A DNA stretch of 64,000 bases from Bacteriovoracia bacterium (GCA_050246755.1 JBFWVL010000001.1:1472001-1536000), one strand, 5' to 3'. Shown: positions 46,513 through 57,311, numbered from the stretch's first letter. A program made the numbers and translations. Notes: generated from the letters alone by a model not told the origin.

Positions 46513-49401
46513 ATGAAAACAGGGGAACCAAAAAATTTTAGCGGACTCGAGAACGCCCTACGGCGTGATCTTAAAGGCGAAGTACGCTTCGATGCTTCCG
46601 CAAAAGCGCTTTACTCAACCGATGCTTCTAATTACCGGCAGATTCCCATTGGGGTGGTCTGCCCGAGAAATAGCGTAGAGGTCGCCCGCACCGTGGATCT
46701 CTGCCGCACGCACGATGCGCCGATTTTATCCCGGGGCGGCGGCACGAGTCTCGCGGGCCAGTGCTGCAATGAAGCCGTGGTGATGGATATGTCGCGGCAC
46801 TTTAATAAAATTCTCTCTCTCGATCCCGAGAAGCGCCTGGCACGCGTGCAGCCGGGAATCGTTTTGGATCGTCTTCGCGAGGCCGCCGAGCTGCACGATC
46901 TTACTTTCGGCCCGGACCCCGCTACGCATAGCCGCTGCACGCTCGGTGGCATGATCGGAAATAATTCCTGTGGTGTGCATTCCATTATGTCTGGGCGAAC
47001 CGTAGACAATGTGCGCTCGCTACGAGTGCTTACCTATGATGGTCTCGAGATGGAAGTGGGCAAAACCTCCCAGGAAGAGTTGGAGAAAATTCTGGCCGCC
47101 GGCGGCCGGAAAGCGGAAATTTACCGGCGCCTGCACGAGCTGCAAAAAAAATATGCCGATTTAATTCGTGCGCGCTTTCCTAATATTCCCCGTCGCGTTT
47201 CCGGCTATAACCTCGATGAGCTTTTGCCCGAGAATGGCTTTAACGTGGCGCGCGCCCTCGTGGGCACTGAGGGGACCTGCGTAACGATTCTTGAGGCCAC
47301 TCTGGATTTGATCCAGAGCCCCCAAAAAAGGGCGCTGCTCGTGATCGGCTTCGAGGATCTTTATTCCACGTGCAAGGCGGTTCCGGCCATTCTTGCCGAA
47401 GGGGTGATCGGCCTCGAGGGCTTCGACGAGTATCTGGTGCAGAACATGCGCTTAAAGAATCTCTATCCTGAAAATATTAAGATGTTGCCTCCCGGAAAGG
47501 CCTGGCTGCTGGCGGAGATCGGCGCCGATACCGAATTGGAAAAAACAGCGAAGGCGGAAAAGCTCGCGAACGCGGTTCGTCCGCTGGCCGGGGTATGCGA
47601 CGTGCGTATCGCGCTATCCAACTCCGACCAAGCGCGGATGTGGGAGGTGCGAGAGTCCAGCCTCGGGGCCACGGCCTTCGTGCCGGGGCGTCCTTCCGCC
47701 TGGGAAGGCTGGGAAGATTCCGCGGTACACCCCGAGCAGCTCGCCGATTACTTACGCGATCTTCGCGCGCTCATGGCCCGGTACGAATATTCGGGCCCGC
47801 TCTATGGGCATTTCGGTCACGGCTGTGTGCACATGCGCATTGACTTCGATTTTCATACCCAGCCCGGCGTTGAAAAATACCGAGCCTTCCTCGATGAGGC
47901 TGCCGATCTGGTGGTGAAATATGGCGGTTCGCTTTCCGGCGAGCACGGAGATGGGCAGGCGCGCGCCGCCTTGTTGCCAAAAATGTTTGGCGAAGAGTTG
48001 ATGGAGGCGTTTCGCGAATTCAAATCGATTTGGGACCCAGAAAATAAAATGAATCCGGGAAAGGTGGTGAACGCGTTCGGCCCCACGGAAAACCTGCGGC
48101 ACGGCCCGGATTTTTTCCCTTGGGAGCCAGCTACCAGATTCAAGTTTCCCCTCGACGGCGGCAGCCTGGCTCAGGCCAGCCTGCGCTGTGTGGGCGTGGG
48201 TAAATGCCGCCGCACCGAAGGGGGTGTGATGTGCCCGAGCTATATGGTCACCGGGGAAGAAGAGCATTCCACCCGTGGCCGGGCCCGCCTGCTTTTCGAA
48301 ATGATGCGTGGAGAAGTGATCGAGCCAAGTTGGAAAAGCGAAGAGGTGAAAGCCTCGCTGGACCTTTGTCTCGCTTGTAAGGGCTGCAAAACGGAATGCC
48401 CAGTGAGCGTAGACATGGCCACCTACAAGGCGGAGTTTCTTTCCCATTACTATGAAGGAAAATTGCGCCCGCGTTCGGCCTACGCCATGGGCTTGATCAT
48501 GGTTTGGAGCCGGTTTGCTTCGAAGGCGCCCTGGTTGGCCAATACATTTGTTACTCTGCCCGTGCTTTCGAGAATTTCTAAATATATCGCCGGTATTCAT
48601 CCGGACCGTGAGGTTCCGCGCTTTGCGAAAAAAACGTTCCGCAACTGGTTTGGAAAAAGAAAGGCGAGAGCGGCAATTGGCGGAAAGAAAGTAATTCTCT
48701 GGGCTGATACCCTGAATAATTATTTCCGTCCCGAGGTTAGCCGTGCCGCCGTGCAGGTTCTTGAAGCCGCCGGATTTTCCGTGTCGTTGCCGCGTAAGCA
48801 ACTTTGCTGCGGCCGCCCGCTCTATGATTTCGGTTTCGTGGATAAGGCGAAGCAACTGCTCGTGGAGGCGATGGCTGGCCTCGCCGAGGAAATCGCCTCC
48901 GGCACGCCGATTATCTTTCTCGAACCAAGCTGCGCCGCCGTTTTTCGCGACGAACTGCTAAATCTGTTTCCCGGCGATCCGATTGCGGAAAAACTGAGCG
49001 GACAGTGTTTGTTTCTGAGCGAGTTTTTGGCCGCGGAGGCGAAAGATTTTGCCTGGCCCCAAATCCAGGGCAAGGCGCTCGTGCAGGGGCACTGCCATCA
49101 TCGTGCGGTACTACGTTTCTCCGAAGAAGAAAAACTCTTGGCCAAGCTTGGCTTATCGGTAGAAGTTATGGATTCCGGCTGCTGCGGGATGGCGGGGTCT
49201 TTTGGCTTCGAGAGGGATCATTTTGGGGTTTCCCAAGCCGCCGGCGAGAGGAAATTATTTCCCCGAGTGAGAGAGAGCGAGGCCGGTTCCAAAGTAGTGG
49301 CCAACGGCTTTAGCTGCCGCGAACAAATAGAGCAAGGCACCGGCCGCAGGACGCAACATCTGGCGGAACTATTAGCCGAATCTATCTCTTCCCGTAAATA
49401 G
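46513..49401 (+). CDS. FAD-linked oxidase/4Fe-4S/CCG fusion (YdiJ or GlcD-GlcF-like 2-hydroxyacid dehydrogenase)
   Basis: RGGGTSLAGQ, GEHGDG, MNPGK, CVGVGKC, CLACKGC...CP, CCGRP and CCGMAG motifs. Confidence 0.9.
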   Translation: MKTGEPKNFSGLENALRRDLKGEVRFDASAKALYSTDASNYRQIPIGVVCPRNSVEVARTVDLCRTHDAPILSRGGGTSLAGQCCNEAVVMDMSRHFNKILSLDPEKRLARVQPGIVLDRLREAAELHDLTFGPDPATHSRCTLGGMIGNNSCGVHSIMSGRTVDNVRSLRVLTYDGLEMEVGKTSQEELEKILAAGGRKAEIYRRLHELQKKYADLIRARFPNIPRRVSGYNLDELLPENGFNVARALVGTEGTCVTILEATLDLIQSPQKRALLVIGFEDLYSTCKAVPAILAEGVIGLEGFDEYLVQNMRLKNLYPENIKMLPPGKAWLLAEIGADTELEKTAKAEKLANAVRPLAGVCDVRIALSNSDQARMWEVRESSLGATAFVPGRPSAWEGWEDSAVHPEQLADYLRDLRALMARYEYSGPLYGHFGHGCVHMRIDFDFHTQPGVEKYRAFLDEAADLVVKYGGSLSGEHGDGQARAALLPKMFGEELMEAFREFKSIWDPENKMNPGKVVNAFGPTENLRHGPDFFPWEPATRFKFPLDGGSLAQASLRCVGVGKCRRTEGGVMCPSYMVTGEEEHSTRGRARLLFEMMRGEVIEPSWKSEEVKASLDLCLACKGCKTECPVSVDMATYKAEFLSHYYEGKLRPRSAYAMGLIMVWSRFASKAPWLANTFVTLPVLSRISKYIAGIHPDREVPRFAKKTFRNWFGKRKARAAIGGKKVILWADTLNNYFRPEVSRAAVQVLEAAGFSVSLPRKQLCCGRPLYDFGFVDKAKQLLVEAMAGLAEEIASGTPIIFLEPSCAAVFRDELLNLFPGDPIAEKLSGQCLFLSEFLAAEAKDFAWPQIQGKALVQGHCHHRAVLRFSEEEKLLAKLGLSVEVMDSGCCGMAGSFGFERDHFGVSQAAGERKLFPRVRESEAGSKVVANGFSCREQIEQGTGRRTQHLAELLAESISSRK

Positions 49402-49412
49402 AGAGCCCGGCA

Positions 49413-50189
49413 CTATTTCAGGATGCGGGACCAGTTGCGCGAGCGGCGCAGCCCGCGTTTGTGCAGAAAGTAAGAAAATGTGGTGACCAGCACCTTCATC
49501 CCGTAGTCCCAGATATTTACGTAGTTTTCTTCGTCGCCGTAGTGAGTGGGGATAGGCATCTCCACGATTTTGAACTTCCGGTCCACGAAGAGAATGATGA
49601 TCTCGGTATCAAAATGATAATCCGAGGAGAATCGCTCGAATGGAATTTGCTCCAGCGCCTTCACGGAAAACACACGGTAGCCCGAGTGAAATTCGCTGAG
49701 CTTCGTGCCGAGAAAGAAATTTTGCAGGAAGGTGAGCGTGCGATTCCCAAGGAACCGAATGATCGGCATTCCGCCGGCCAGGGGATCACCGCGCATGCGA
49801 GACCCGAATACCATATCGGCCTCGCCGGAAACCACGGGCTTGATCAAGCTTTCGAGCAATTCCGGGGCGTATTGAGCATCTCCATGAAGCATGGCTACGC
49901 ATTGGTAGCCCTTATCGATGCAGCGCTGGTAGGCGATTTTTTGGCTGCCGCCGTACCCCATATTCTTCGCATTTTTAATCACGTCGAGGTTATGCAGGCC
50001 GTGCGCAGTTTTGTAATCCACCACCACCATGCTCGTATTGTCCCGGCTGTCGTTGTCGATCACGAAGATCTCGCCCACTTGGCTTTTCAGCGCCGCGGGG
50101 ATTCGGTCGAGTACCGTTACAATCGTGGAGGCGGCATTGAATGCCGGGATAAAAATCGCTACTTTTTCATTAGAAATCGGGTGAGCCAT
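49413..50189 (-). CDS. GT2 glycosyltransferase (polyprenol-phosphate glycosyltransferase-like)
   Basis: IPAFNA, IDNDSRD, GYGG, HGDAQY, GSR, SGYR and FDTEI motifs. Confidence 0.88.
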   Translation of the reverse strand: MAHPISNEKVAIFIPAFNAASTIVTVLDRIPAALKSQVGEIFVIDNDSRDNTSMVVVDYKTAHGLHNLDVIKNAKNMGYGGSQKIAYQRCIDKGYQCVAMLHGDAQYAPELLESLIKPVVSGEADMVFGSRMRGDPLAGGMPIIRFLGNRTLTFLQNFFLGTKLSEFHSGYRVFSVKALEQIPFERFSSDYHFDTEIIILFVDRKFKIVEMPIPTHYGDEENYVNIWDYGMKVLVTTFSYFLHKRGLRRSRNWSRILK

Positions 50190-50283
50190 TATCTAGGAAT
50201 AGCTCACCAGCCTTATGGCCCACAAGGATGATTCTTGTTTAATGCGTCGCAAAATCAGAAGGGAATGCTAGAATTCTTTCGAG

Positions 50284-50991
50284 GTGAACAGAATGATTTT
50301 CCGGCAACTCTTCGATCCTGAAAGCTCTACCTATACTTACATTCTCGGTGATCCCCTCACCCAAGAAGCCCTGATTATTGATAGCGTGCGAGAGCAAGCG
50401 GAGAGGGACCTGCGTTTGCTAAGCGAGCTCGGGCTGAAGCTAAAATACATATTGGAAACCCACCTCCATGCAGACCATATCACCGGGGCCGATCTGCTCC
50501 GGTCCGCAACGGGAGCCAAGGTAGCCATTAGCCGGGCGGCGGGAGTACGTTGTGCCGATATCGCTCTGGAAGAGGGCACCGAGCTGAAGATCGGCACGAA
50601 GGTTTTACGGGCGATCGCGACCCCCGGACATACGAATACCTGCATGAGCTTCTTTATCGCGGGCATGGTTTTCACGGGCGATACCCTATTCGTGCGCGAC
50701 GTAGGCCGGACCGACTTCCAGGAGGGCTCGAATGAGAAAATGTTTGAGAGCGTAACGCGGAAGCTGTTCGCTCTGCCCGATGAAACGATGGTGTATCCCG
50801 CCCACGACTATAAGGGAAACCACGTGAGCACCATCGGCGAAGAGAAAGCGTTTAACCTGAAAGTGGGTGCCGGGAAAAAGCTGGAGGAGTTCGGCAGTTT
50901 GATGGCTTCCATGAGGCTGGCCCAGCCCAAAAAGATCCATATTGCGCTTCCCGCCAATCTGAATTGCGGAAAAGAAACCGCTGTTTCTTAG
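50284..50991 (+). CDS. MBL-fold persulfide dioxygenase (ETHE1-like)
   Basis: FRQLFD..SSTYTY, ETHLHADHITG, TPGHT, GRTDFQ and YPAHDYKG motifs. Confidence 0.9.
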   Translation: MNRMIFRQLFDPESSTYTYILGDPLTQEALIIDSVREQAERDLRLLSELGLKLKYILETHLHADHITGADLLRSATGAKVAISRAAGVRCADIALEEGTELKIGTKVLRAIATPGHTNTCMSFFIAGMVFTGDTLFVRDVGRTDFQEGSNEKMFESVTRKLFALPDETMVYPAHDYKGNHVSTIGEEKAFNLKVGAGKKLEEFGSLMASMRLAQPKKIHIALPANLNCGKETAVS

Positions 50992-51059
50992 AGGATACTT
51001 GTACCCAAACGCGCCAGCAGCCGCTAAAATGGAAATTCAATTTAAGGAGGAATTTAATC

Positions 51060-51260
51060 ATGAAAGTATTAGTAGGATCTCTCGTTCTTTGTTTCGCCCT
51101 CGCCCTTTCTTCTTGCACCAAGAAGGAGGCACCGCCCGCCGATGCCCCCGCTGCCGGTGAGCAAGTAGAAGGCTCGAGCACCGCGCCTTCCGACGCTACT
51201 CCCGAAAACAGCCCGGAAGAAATGCAGAAAAAAGAGAATAACGGCAGCAAAACCGAATAA
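51060..51260 (+). CDS. Small low-complexity lipoprotein
   Basis: AAGGAGG RBS; lipobox LSSC; Ala/Pro/Glu-rich tail. Confidence 0.75.
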   Translation: MKVLVGSLVLCFALALSSCTKKEAPPADAPAAGEQVEGSSTAPSDATPENSPEEMQKKENNGSKTE

Positions 51261-51294
51261 GGTTTTCCGGTAAAAAAATAGAGATCGCGCTTGC

Positions 51295-51783
51295 CTATTC
51301 CGGCTGGCGCGATTTTTTTCGTTTTTCGCGGAAGAAATCCCTTAGCAGATTCCCCGCTTCTTCGGCCAAGGGGCCCTGGCGAAATTTCACCTGGTGATTC
51401 AAGCCCGGGTGGGCGAGCAGGGGGATATTCAGGCTGATGGCACCGCCTTTAGGATCGGTGGTGGCGTATACTACTTCTTCGATGCGGCTTAGCACTAGCG
51501 CCCCCGCGCACATCACGCAGGGTTCTAAAGTTACGTAAAGCGTGGCACCACTGAGATTCCAGTGACCATGAGACTTAGCGCCGGCGTTCAGGGCCTGCAC
51601 TTCGGCGTGCGCGGTGGGAGAGGGAATGAGTTCACGTTCATTTTTTCCGGCAGCGAGCACCTTGCCGTCTTTTACCAGGATCGCGCCTACCGGAATATCA
51701 TCGTGCTCGAGCGCACGCTTCGCTTCGGCCAAGGCCAAGGTCATGAAGCGAAGGTCGTCTGCGCTGGAGAGAGAGGAGCTCAC
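51295..51783 (-). CDS. tadA: tRNA adenosine-34 deaminase
   Basis: PVGA, TAHAE, TLEPCVMC and DPKGG motifs. Confidence 0.93.
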   Translation of the reverse strand: MSSSLSSADDLRFMTLALAEAKRALEHDDIPVGAILVKDGKVLAAGKNERELIPSPTAHAEVQALNAGAKSHGHWNLSGATLYVTLEPCVMCAGALVLSRIEEVVYATTDPKGGAISLNIPLLAHPGLNHQVKFRQGPLAEEAGNLLRDFFREKRKKSRQPE

Positions 51784-53300
51784 TTGAAGGCGAATAGGTA
51801 TTTAATGTCGTCGTCGTCGAAGAAGAGACCGACGCCGGTGAACCAGGTTCGGTGCCCCAGGTATTTTTGGGTGGTATCCAATCCACCCGTTACGTAAATG
51901 CCCGGTATTATCTGTGCCCGTGCACTTAGGCGCGCCGTATAGGGCTGGCCTTTACCCAGGGAATATACATCGGCCCGCAATCCGTAGCGGCGCTGTTCAT
52001 CGGCCCAGAAGCCAATCGATACGGCGCCGTAGTCTTCCATGAGGCCCACCCGCAGATCGAGGGGGCCGAAATATTTTCCGAACATCGCGGTGATGCGCAG
52101 GCCTTTTTCTTCGTTCACGTTCTTCGTTTCCACGATCGGGCGGCTGCCGTCTACGGAAGTGGTGGTAACGGTTTTACGGTCCCGGCCGCGGGGATCGTTG
52201 GTGAGGCCCACGAGGTAGTAGCGGGTAGGATTGGGGGCGATCATAAGCGAAAAATTGGCGCGGGCGCCATCGTAGGCCTTGATCGAGTAACCCGAAATAT
52301 CCACGTAGGTCTTCAGGCCCCCGGCTTTTCCGAGCAGCAAATTTACCGAGCGGATCGCGTTACGCAGTTCCTCATAGAGCCCTGGATCGTTCACTAATTT
52401 TCCGAGCGAGCCTTCGCCGTCGGAAACTTTCTTCATCGCTTTTTCCGCGCTCGCCATGGTGTTCTTGAGGGATTCCATCGCGGAATCCACATTTTTCATC
52501 ACTTTACCATCGGGGCGGAGGAGCACTTCGAGGTGCTTCATGGCGGAGTTCAAATTGATGATGGTGTCTTTGAATTCTTTCTGCTGGGTAACTTCCCGGA
52601 GATCGCCCACCATTAGGGTGAGCTGATCGATGAGCTTGCCGACCTTTTTCACCGTATCCTGGAGCTCGGCTTCGCGGGAAGCGTTCAGGGTGGCGGTTTC
52701 CGCATGGGCCTCGGGGATCAAGAAGGAGAATAGGTAGGAAAGTGCTCCGCCCAAAATAGTGGCGGGCTTACGAGATTCTTTGTTCTCTTCTTCCCAGGGA
52801 AGACGCTCTTTGGGCTCCACGAGAATCGAATTGAGGATCTGCGCGGGCGCGGCCGAGAAATTCTTGAGGCCATCTTGCGCTTGCCCAGTGGGGCTCGGAG
52901 GGGCTTCTTCCTCTTTGGCGGGCGGGATTGGGTTGGCGGGTTCGTGCGCGTCAGAATCGCCGATTTTCGCCATGGGCTTCAGCTCGAGAAACTTGTCGCC
53001 GAGAAAGCCGTTGGAGCGGATGAAAGCGCGGGTTTCGGGAATCAGCTTCACCGGTCCCGTTACGCATACCTTTACCATCACTTTTTCTTCGTCGAGCTTA
53101 ACGTCGTTGATATAGCCGATATCGAGCCCGAGGGTCTTCACCGGCGATTTGCGGCGAAGGCCGGTAGCATCATCTACGTGAATCTTTACTTCATTGCAGG
53201 GGCGGTACCAATAAGGATGGTCGTTTACCCACACACTGAAGCCCACGATTAGGGCTACGCCGATGCTAGTAAAAATTCCAATACGAATAATACGGTTCAC
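51780..53300 (-). CDS. mlaD: Long MCE/MlaD protein with helical stalk and beta-rich C-terminus
   Basis: TM, MCE domain (ATGL...SPV, GFLGDKFLEL) and GEGSLGKLVND; follows mlaEF. Confidence 0.85.
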   Translation of the reverse strand: MNRIIRIGIFTSIGVALIVGFSVWVNDHPYWYRPCNEVKIHVDDATGLRRKSPVKTLGLDIGYINDVKLDEEKVMVKVCVTGPVKLIPETRAFIRSNGFLGDKFLELKPMAKIGDSDAHEPANPIPPAKEEEAPPSPTGQAQDGLKNFSAAPAQILNSILVEPKERLPWEEENKESRKPATILGGALSYLFSFLIPEAHAETATLNASREAELQDTVKKVGKLIDQLTLMVGDLREVTQQKEFKDTIINLNSAMKHLEVLLRPDGKVMKNVDSAMESLKNTMASAEKAMKKVSDGEGSLGKLVNDPGLYEELRNAIRSVNLLLGKAGGLKTYVDISGYSIKAYDGARANFSLMIAPNPTRYYLVGLTNDPRGRDRKTVTTTSVDGSRPIVETKNVNEEKGLRITAMFGKYFGPLDLRVGLMEDYGAVSIGFWADEQRRYGLRADVYSLGKGQPYTARLSARAQIIPGIYVTGGLDTTQKYLGHRTWFTGVGLFFDDDDIKYLFAFK

Positions 53301-54094
53301 TATTCCTCCTCGCGGTTGTACCGCGCCTCTTCCAGCGAAAAAAATTCTTGTACGTCGGGATCCGGATCCTTGAACACGCCCCGGGGCGGGCCCACGTATC
53401 GAACCAAACCATCTTTTAGAAAGGCGATATGCTGCGCCATCGTGAACACTACGTGCGTATCGTGGCTGATTACGATGGAGGTCAGGTTGTGCTTGGCGCT
53501 CACGTCTTTAATCAGTTTCGTTACCATCATCGTGGTGATCGGGTCGAGTCCGGTAGTGGGCTCGTCGTACATCATGATCGAGGGTTTCGTGGCGATGGCG
53601 CGGGCAAGAGCCACGCGTTTGCGCTGTCCGCCGGATAGCGCGGTGGGCATTTTATAAGCGTGTTCCATCTCGAGGCCCACGCTGCCGAGCAGCTCTTCCA
53701 CCTGCTGGTCCAGCTCGTTTTTAGGAAGGTGGAGGTTTTCTTTTAGCGAAAAAGAAACGTTATCATACACGTTCAGCGAATCGAAGAGCGCGCCATTCTG
53801 AAAAAGAATGCCCATGTGCTTTCGCACACGCTTTAGGTTCTGGTAGTTCTCGGAATCCATTTTTTCGCCGTTGATCTCGATGGTGCCTTTGTCCGGCGTG
53901 ATGAAGCCCATGATCTGTTTGAGCAGCAGGGTTTTTCCGCAGCCCGAACCGCCCATGATGTAGGTAACCTTTCCGCTCGGGATATCGAGGTTCAATCCCT
54001 TGTGGATTTTGAAGGCCCCGAAGCCTTTCTCTAGGCCCCGGACTCTCACGGCGATTTTACCGTTAGCTTCAGAGGAAGAGGTTGCTGGCGTCAT
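53300..54094 (-). CDS. mlaF: ABC ATPase MlaF
   Basis: GGSGCGKT, LFQNGALFDSL, LSGGQRKR and YDEPTTGLDP motifs. Confidence 0.92.
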   Translation of the reverse strand: MTPATSSSEANGKIAVRVRGLEKGFGAFKIHKGLNLDIPSGKVTYIMGGSGCGKTLLLKQIMGFITPDKGTIEINGEKMDSENYQNLKRVRKHMGILFQNGALFDSLNVYDNVSFSLKENLHLPKNELDQQVEELLGSVGLEMEHAYKMPTALSGGQRKRVALARAIATKPSIMMYDEPTTGLDPITTMMVTKLIKDVSAKHNLTSIVISHDTHVVFTMAQHIAFLKDGLVRYVGPPRGVFKDPDPDVQEFFSLEEARYNREEE

Positions 54095-54881
54095 AGGGTA
54101 GATAGGCGGTTAATATGTAGTCGCTAAAAAGAATCCAAAGGGAAGCGGTTACCACGGCGCGATTGGTAGCCACGCCCACTCCTTCGGCATTGTTCTCGGC
54201 GTGGTAGCCGTAGAAGCATCCGAGAGTGGAAAGGAAGAACCCGAAGATCACGGCCTTAGTGAGACCCTGCCACACGTCAGTGAAGTCCACGGCCCAAGCG
54301 AGCTGCTGAATATATACCGCGCCATCGGTGCCATGCACTACGGTGGCAATGAAGTATCCGGCGGCGCAGCCGATGAGGGTGAAATAAATGCAGAGCAAGG
54401 GAAGCGCGAGCGTGCCCGCCATGATTCGCGGCATGATCAAATAATCGAAGGGATCCGTGCCCAGGGCTTCCATCGCTTCAATTTGTTCCGTAACCCGCAT
54501 GGTGGCGATCTCGGCGGCGATCGCGGCTCCGGAGCGGGCGGCCACCATGATTCCGCAAAATACGGGTGCAAGCTCCCGCATCATCGCGATGCCCACGGAG
54601 GAGCCAAGAAAGCTTTCCATCCCGAAGAGATGCAGTGCCACGTAGGTTTGAAAAGCCACTACGCTGCCGATGAAGACGGCGGAAAAGGAAACCACCGTGA
54701 ATGATTGCACTCCCAGAAAGTCGAATTGCTGGTAAATCAGCGGCAAGCGGCGATGGAAATTGCGCAGGCCCGCAATGGAGTTCCAGATGAAAATCGACAG
54801 TTTACCTAGAAAGGTAATCGGTGATATGGCTAGGTTGAGCATAGACGGTATAAGTCTAGTCTGGCCCCTTGGCTTTGTCAT
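54069..54881 (-). CDS. mlaE: ABC permease MlaE
   Basis: RELAPV, RSGAAIAAEIATMRVTEQIEA and GVGVAT motifs; start approximate. Confidence 0.92.
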   Translation of the reverse strand: MTKPRGQTRLIPSMLNLAISPITFLGKLSIFIWNSIAGLRNFHRRLPLIYQQFDFLGVQSFTVVSFSAVFIGSVVAFQTYVALHLFGMESFLGSSVGIAMMRELAPVFCGIMVAARSGAAIAAEIATMRVTEQIEAMEALGTDPFDYLIMPRIMAGTLALPLLCIYFTLIGCAAGYFIATVVHGTDGAVYIQQLAWAVDFTDVWQGLTKAVIFGFFLSTLGCFYGYHAENNAEGVGVATNRAVVTASLWILFSDYILTAYLPYDASNLFL

Positions 54882-54987
54882 GGGCGCAATGTAGAAAATG
54901 GTGGTTCTACGCCGACTTAGACGGAATTCTTGCGGCGCGTAAAATCGGTTTGGAAAAAATCGGCGGGCTCGCTGCCGGACGGGATTC

Positions 54988-56793
54988 ATGAGCGCAAAGA
55001 ACATTCGAAATTTTTCCATCATCGCCCACATCGACCATGGGAAATCCACGCTCGCCGATCGTTTGATCGAGGTCACGGGCACGCTCACGAAACGCGAGAT
55101 GGAATCTCAGGTTCTCGATTCCATGGATATCGAGCGGGAGCGCGGAATCACGATCAAGGCCCAGACCGTGCGCATGAATTATAAGGCGAAAGACGGGCAA
55201 ACCTATATTTTGAATATGATCGATACGCCCGGACACGTGGATTTTACCTACGAGGTTTCGCGCTCGCTCGCAGCGTGCGAGGGCGCAATCCTGGTGGTGG
55301 ATGCCTCCCAGGGCGTAGAGGCCCAAACGCTCGCGAACGTTTACCTCGCGATGGAAAATAATCTCGAAATCTTCCCGGTGCTCAATAAAATTGACTTACC
55401 GGGAGCGGAACCCGAACGCGTGCGGGCCGAAATCGAAGACGTAGTGGGGATCGACGCCTCGAACGCCCTCAATATTTCGGCTAAAACTGGATTGGGGGTG
55501 CCCGACGTGCTCGAAGAGATCGTAAAGCGCGTTCCTCCCCCTAAAGATCAGGGCGAGTTCGCGGCCGATTCTCAGCTTCGCGCGCTGGTTTTTGATTCTT
55601 GGTTCGATCCTTACTACGGCGTGGTGGCGCTAACGCGCGTTTTTTCGGGCGCCGTAAAAAAAGGCGATAAGCTGCGCTTGGCCCACACCGGAAAAGAATT
55701 CGAGTGCCAGAAAGTTACCTTCTTTACGCCCAAAATGCAGGATACCGCCCTCATCTCTACCGGTGAAGTGGGCGCGATCATCACCGGCTTGAAAGACGTA
55801 CGCGACGTGAAGGTAGGCGATACGGTAGTGCGGCAGGGCGAAACTCCCGGGGAGCTCAAGGGCTTCAAAGAAGTAAAGCCGATGGTATTCTGCGGAGTGT
55901 ATCCGATCGAGACCAACGACTACGCCAACCTCCGCGATGCCCTCGATAAGCTTAAGCTCAACGATTCGGCGTTCACTTACGAGCCGGAAACTTCCAACGC
56001 GCTAGGATTTGGTTTCCGCTGCGGCTTCCTCGGGCTGCTCCACATGGAAGTTTTTCAGGAGCGTCTCGAGCGCCAGTATAACCTCGCAATTATCTCTACC
56101 GCGCCCTCCGTGGTGTACCGGGTGACTACCACCCGAGGGGAAGAGCTCTTAGTGGATAATCCATCGAAGATGCCTACTCCTACCGAGATCGAGAAGATAG
56201 AGGAGCCTTACATTAAGTGCACCGTGCATACCCCGAACGATTTCGTCGGGGCCGTGCTCGCGCTCTTTCAAGAGCGGCGTGGGCAACAAGTGGGGATTGA
56301 TTACGTTACGAAAGAGCGCGTGCAAGTGAAATATGAGATGCCTCTCTCCGAGATGGTTTTTGATTTCTTCGATAAATTGAAATCCTCTACCCGTGGTTAT
56401 GCTTCGATGGATTATGAGCTCATCGACTACCGCGAAGGCGATATGGTGAAGCTCGATATCCTTCTCAACGGTGAGGGGGTAGACGCTCTTTCTATCATGA
56501 TTCACCGCGACCGCGCGGCACAGCGCGGAGGCGTGCTCGCCAAAAAACTTAAAGAACTGATCGAGCGGCAAATGTACGAAGTGGCGATCCAGGCGGCCAT
56601 TGGCTCTAAAATCGTGGCCCGCGAAACACTCTCCGCTTTCCGCAAAAACGTGATCGCGAAATGCTATGGCGGCGATATTTCCCGTAAGCGCAAGCTCCTC
56701 GAGAAGCAAAAAGAAGGTAAGAAACGCATGAAGCAGATCGGGAGCGTAGAAGTTCCCCAGGAAGCTTTCTTGGCCGTGCTCAAGGTGGACTAA
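54988..56793 (+). CDS. lepA: Elongation factor 4
   Basis: [25 protein letters not shown] and [14 protein letters not shown] motifs. Confidence 0.99.
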   Translation: MSAKNIRNFSIIAHIDHGKSTLADRLIEVTGTLTKREMESQVLDSMDIERERGITIKAQTVRMNYKAKDGQTYILNMIDTPGHVDFTYEVSRSLAACEGAILVVDASQGVEAQTLANVYLAMENNLEIFPVLNKIDLPGAEPERVRAEIEDVVGIDASNALNISAKTGLGVPDVLEEIVKRVPPPKDQGEFAADSQLRALVFDSWFDPYYGVVALTRVFSGAVKKGDKLRLAHTGKEFECQKVTFFTPKMQDTALISTGEVGAIITGLKDVRDVKVGDTVVRQGETPGELKGFKEVKPMVFCGVYPIETNDYANLRDALDKLKLNDSAFTYEPETSNALGFGFRCGFLGLLHMEVFQERLERQYNLAIISTAPSVVYRVTTTRGEELLVDNPSKMPTPTEIEKIEEPYIKCTVHTPNDFVGAVLALFQERRGQQVGIDYVTKERVQVKYEMPLSEMVFDFFDKLKSSTRGYASMDYELIDYREGDMVKLDILLNGEGVDALSIMIHRDRAAQRGGVLAKKLKELIERQMYEVAIQAAIGSKIVARETLSAFRKNVIAKCYGGDISRKRKLLEKQKEGKKRMKQIGSVEVPQEAFLAVLKVD

Positions 56794-56795
56794 CC

Positions 56796-57311
56796 TTGAA
56801 AAGAAGAATCTATAAATTGCTCTGGGTAGTGGCGGCGGCCTTCGCTATGCGCGCCTGCGTGGTTGAGCCGGTACGCATGACGGACGAGTCGATGGCCCCG
56901 CTTCTGGCCGATGGCGACGTGGTTTTGGTTTCGAAGCTGCACTACGGACTGCGTGTCCCGGGCTCTGGCGCCATGATGGTGGAATGGTCTAAGCCACGGA
57001 AGGGCGATTTAGTGGTGGCGGTGGCCGCCGGAGAGCCTCCGGTAAATTTGCTGCGCCGGATTGAGTTTGTGCCCGGTGAAACGGTTACCCTTTCCGACGG
57101 TAAAAAGGCCGTCTTAAAAGACGACGAGTTTTTCCTCCGTGCGGAGCAGAGCGAGGGCGTCATGGATAGCCGTCATTTTGGTCCGGTTCTGCGCAGGAGC
57201 ATCATCGGCAAGGCTACCTATATTTGGATTGCCAAAAACCCTTCTGCCGAAGCGGGATCGAAGGTAGAATCATCGAAATCATCGCGGAGGATCCTCCAAC
57301 CCATTTTATGA
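56796..57311 (+). CDS. lepB: Signal peptidase I-like protein (S26), catalytic Lys replaced
   Basis: SMAPLL..GD and DSRHFG motifs; position after lepA; LLRRI in place of the KR box. Confidence 0.75.
   Translation: MKRRIYKLLWVVAAAFAMRACVVEPVRMTDESMAPLLADGDVVLVSKLHYGLRVPGSGAMMVEWSKPRKGDLVVAVAAGEPPVNLLRRIEFVPGETVTLSDGKKAVLKDDEFFLRAEQSEGVMDSRHFGPVLRRSIIGKATYIWIAKNPSAEAGSKVESSKSSRRILQPIL

Noticed and set aside
54882-55088. Apparent mlaE/lepA overlap, and similar long N-terminal extensions of other ORFs (3922, 35190, 44417, 57224)
   Set aside because: ORF-caller extensions to the farthest start; the homologous region and RBS evidence begin downstream
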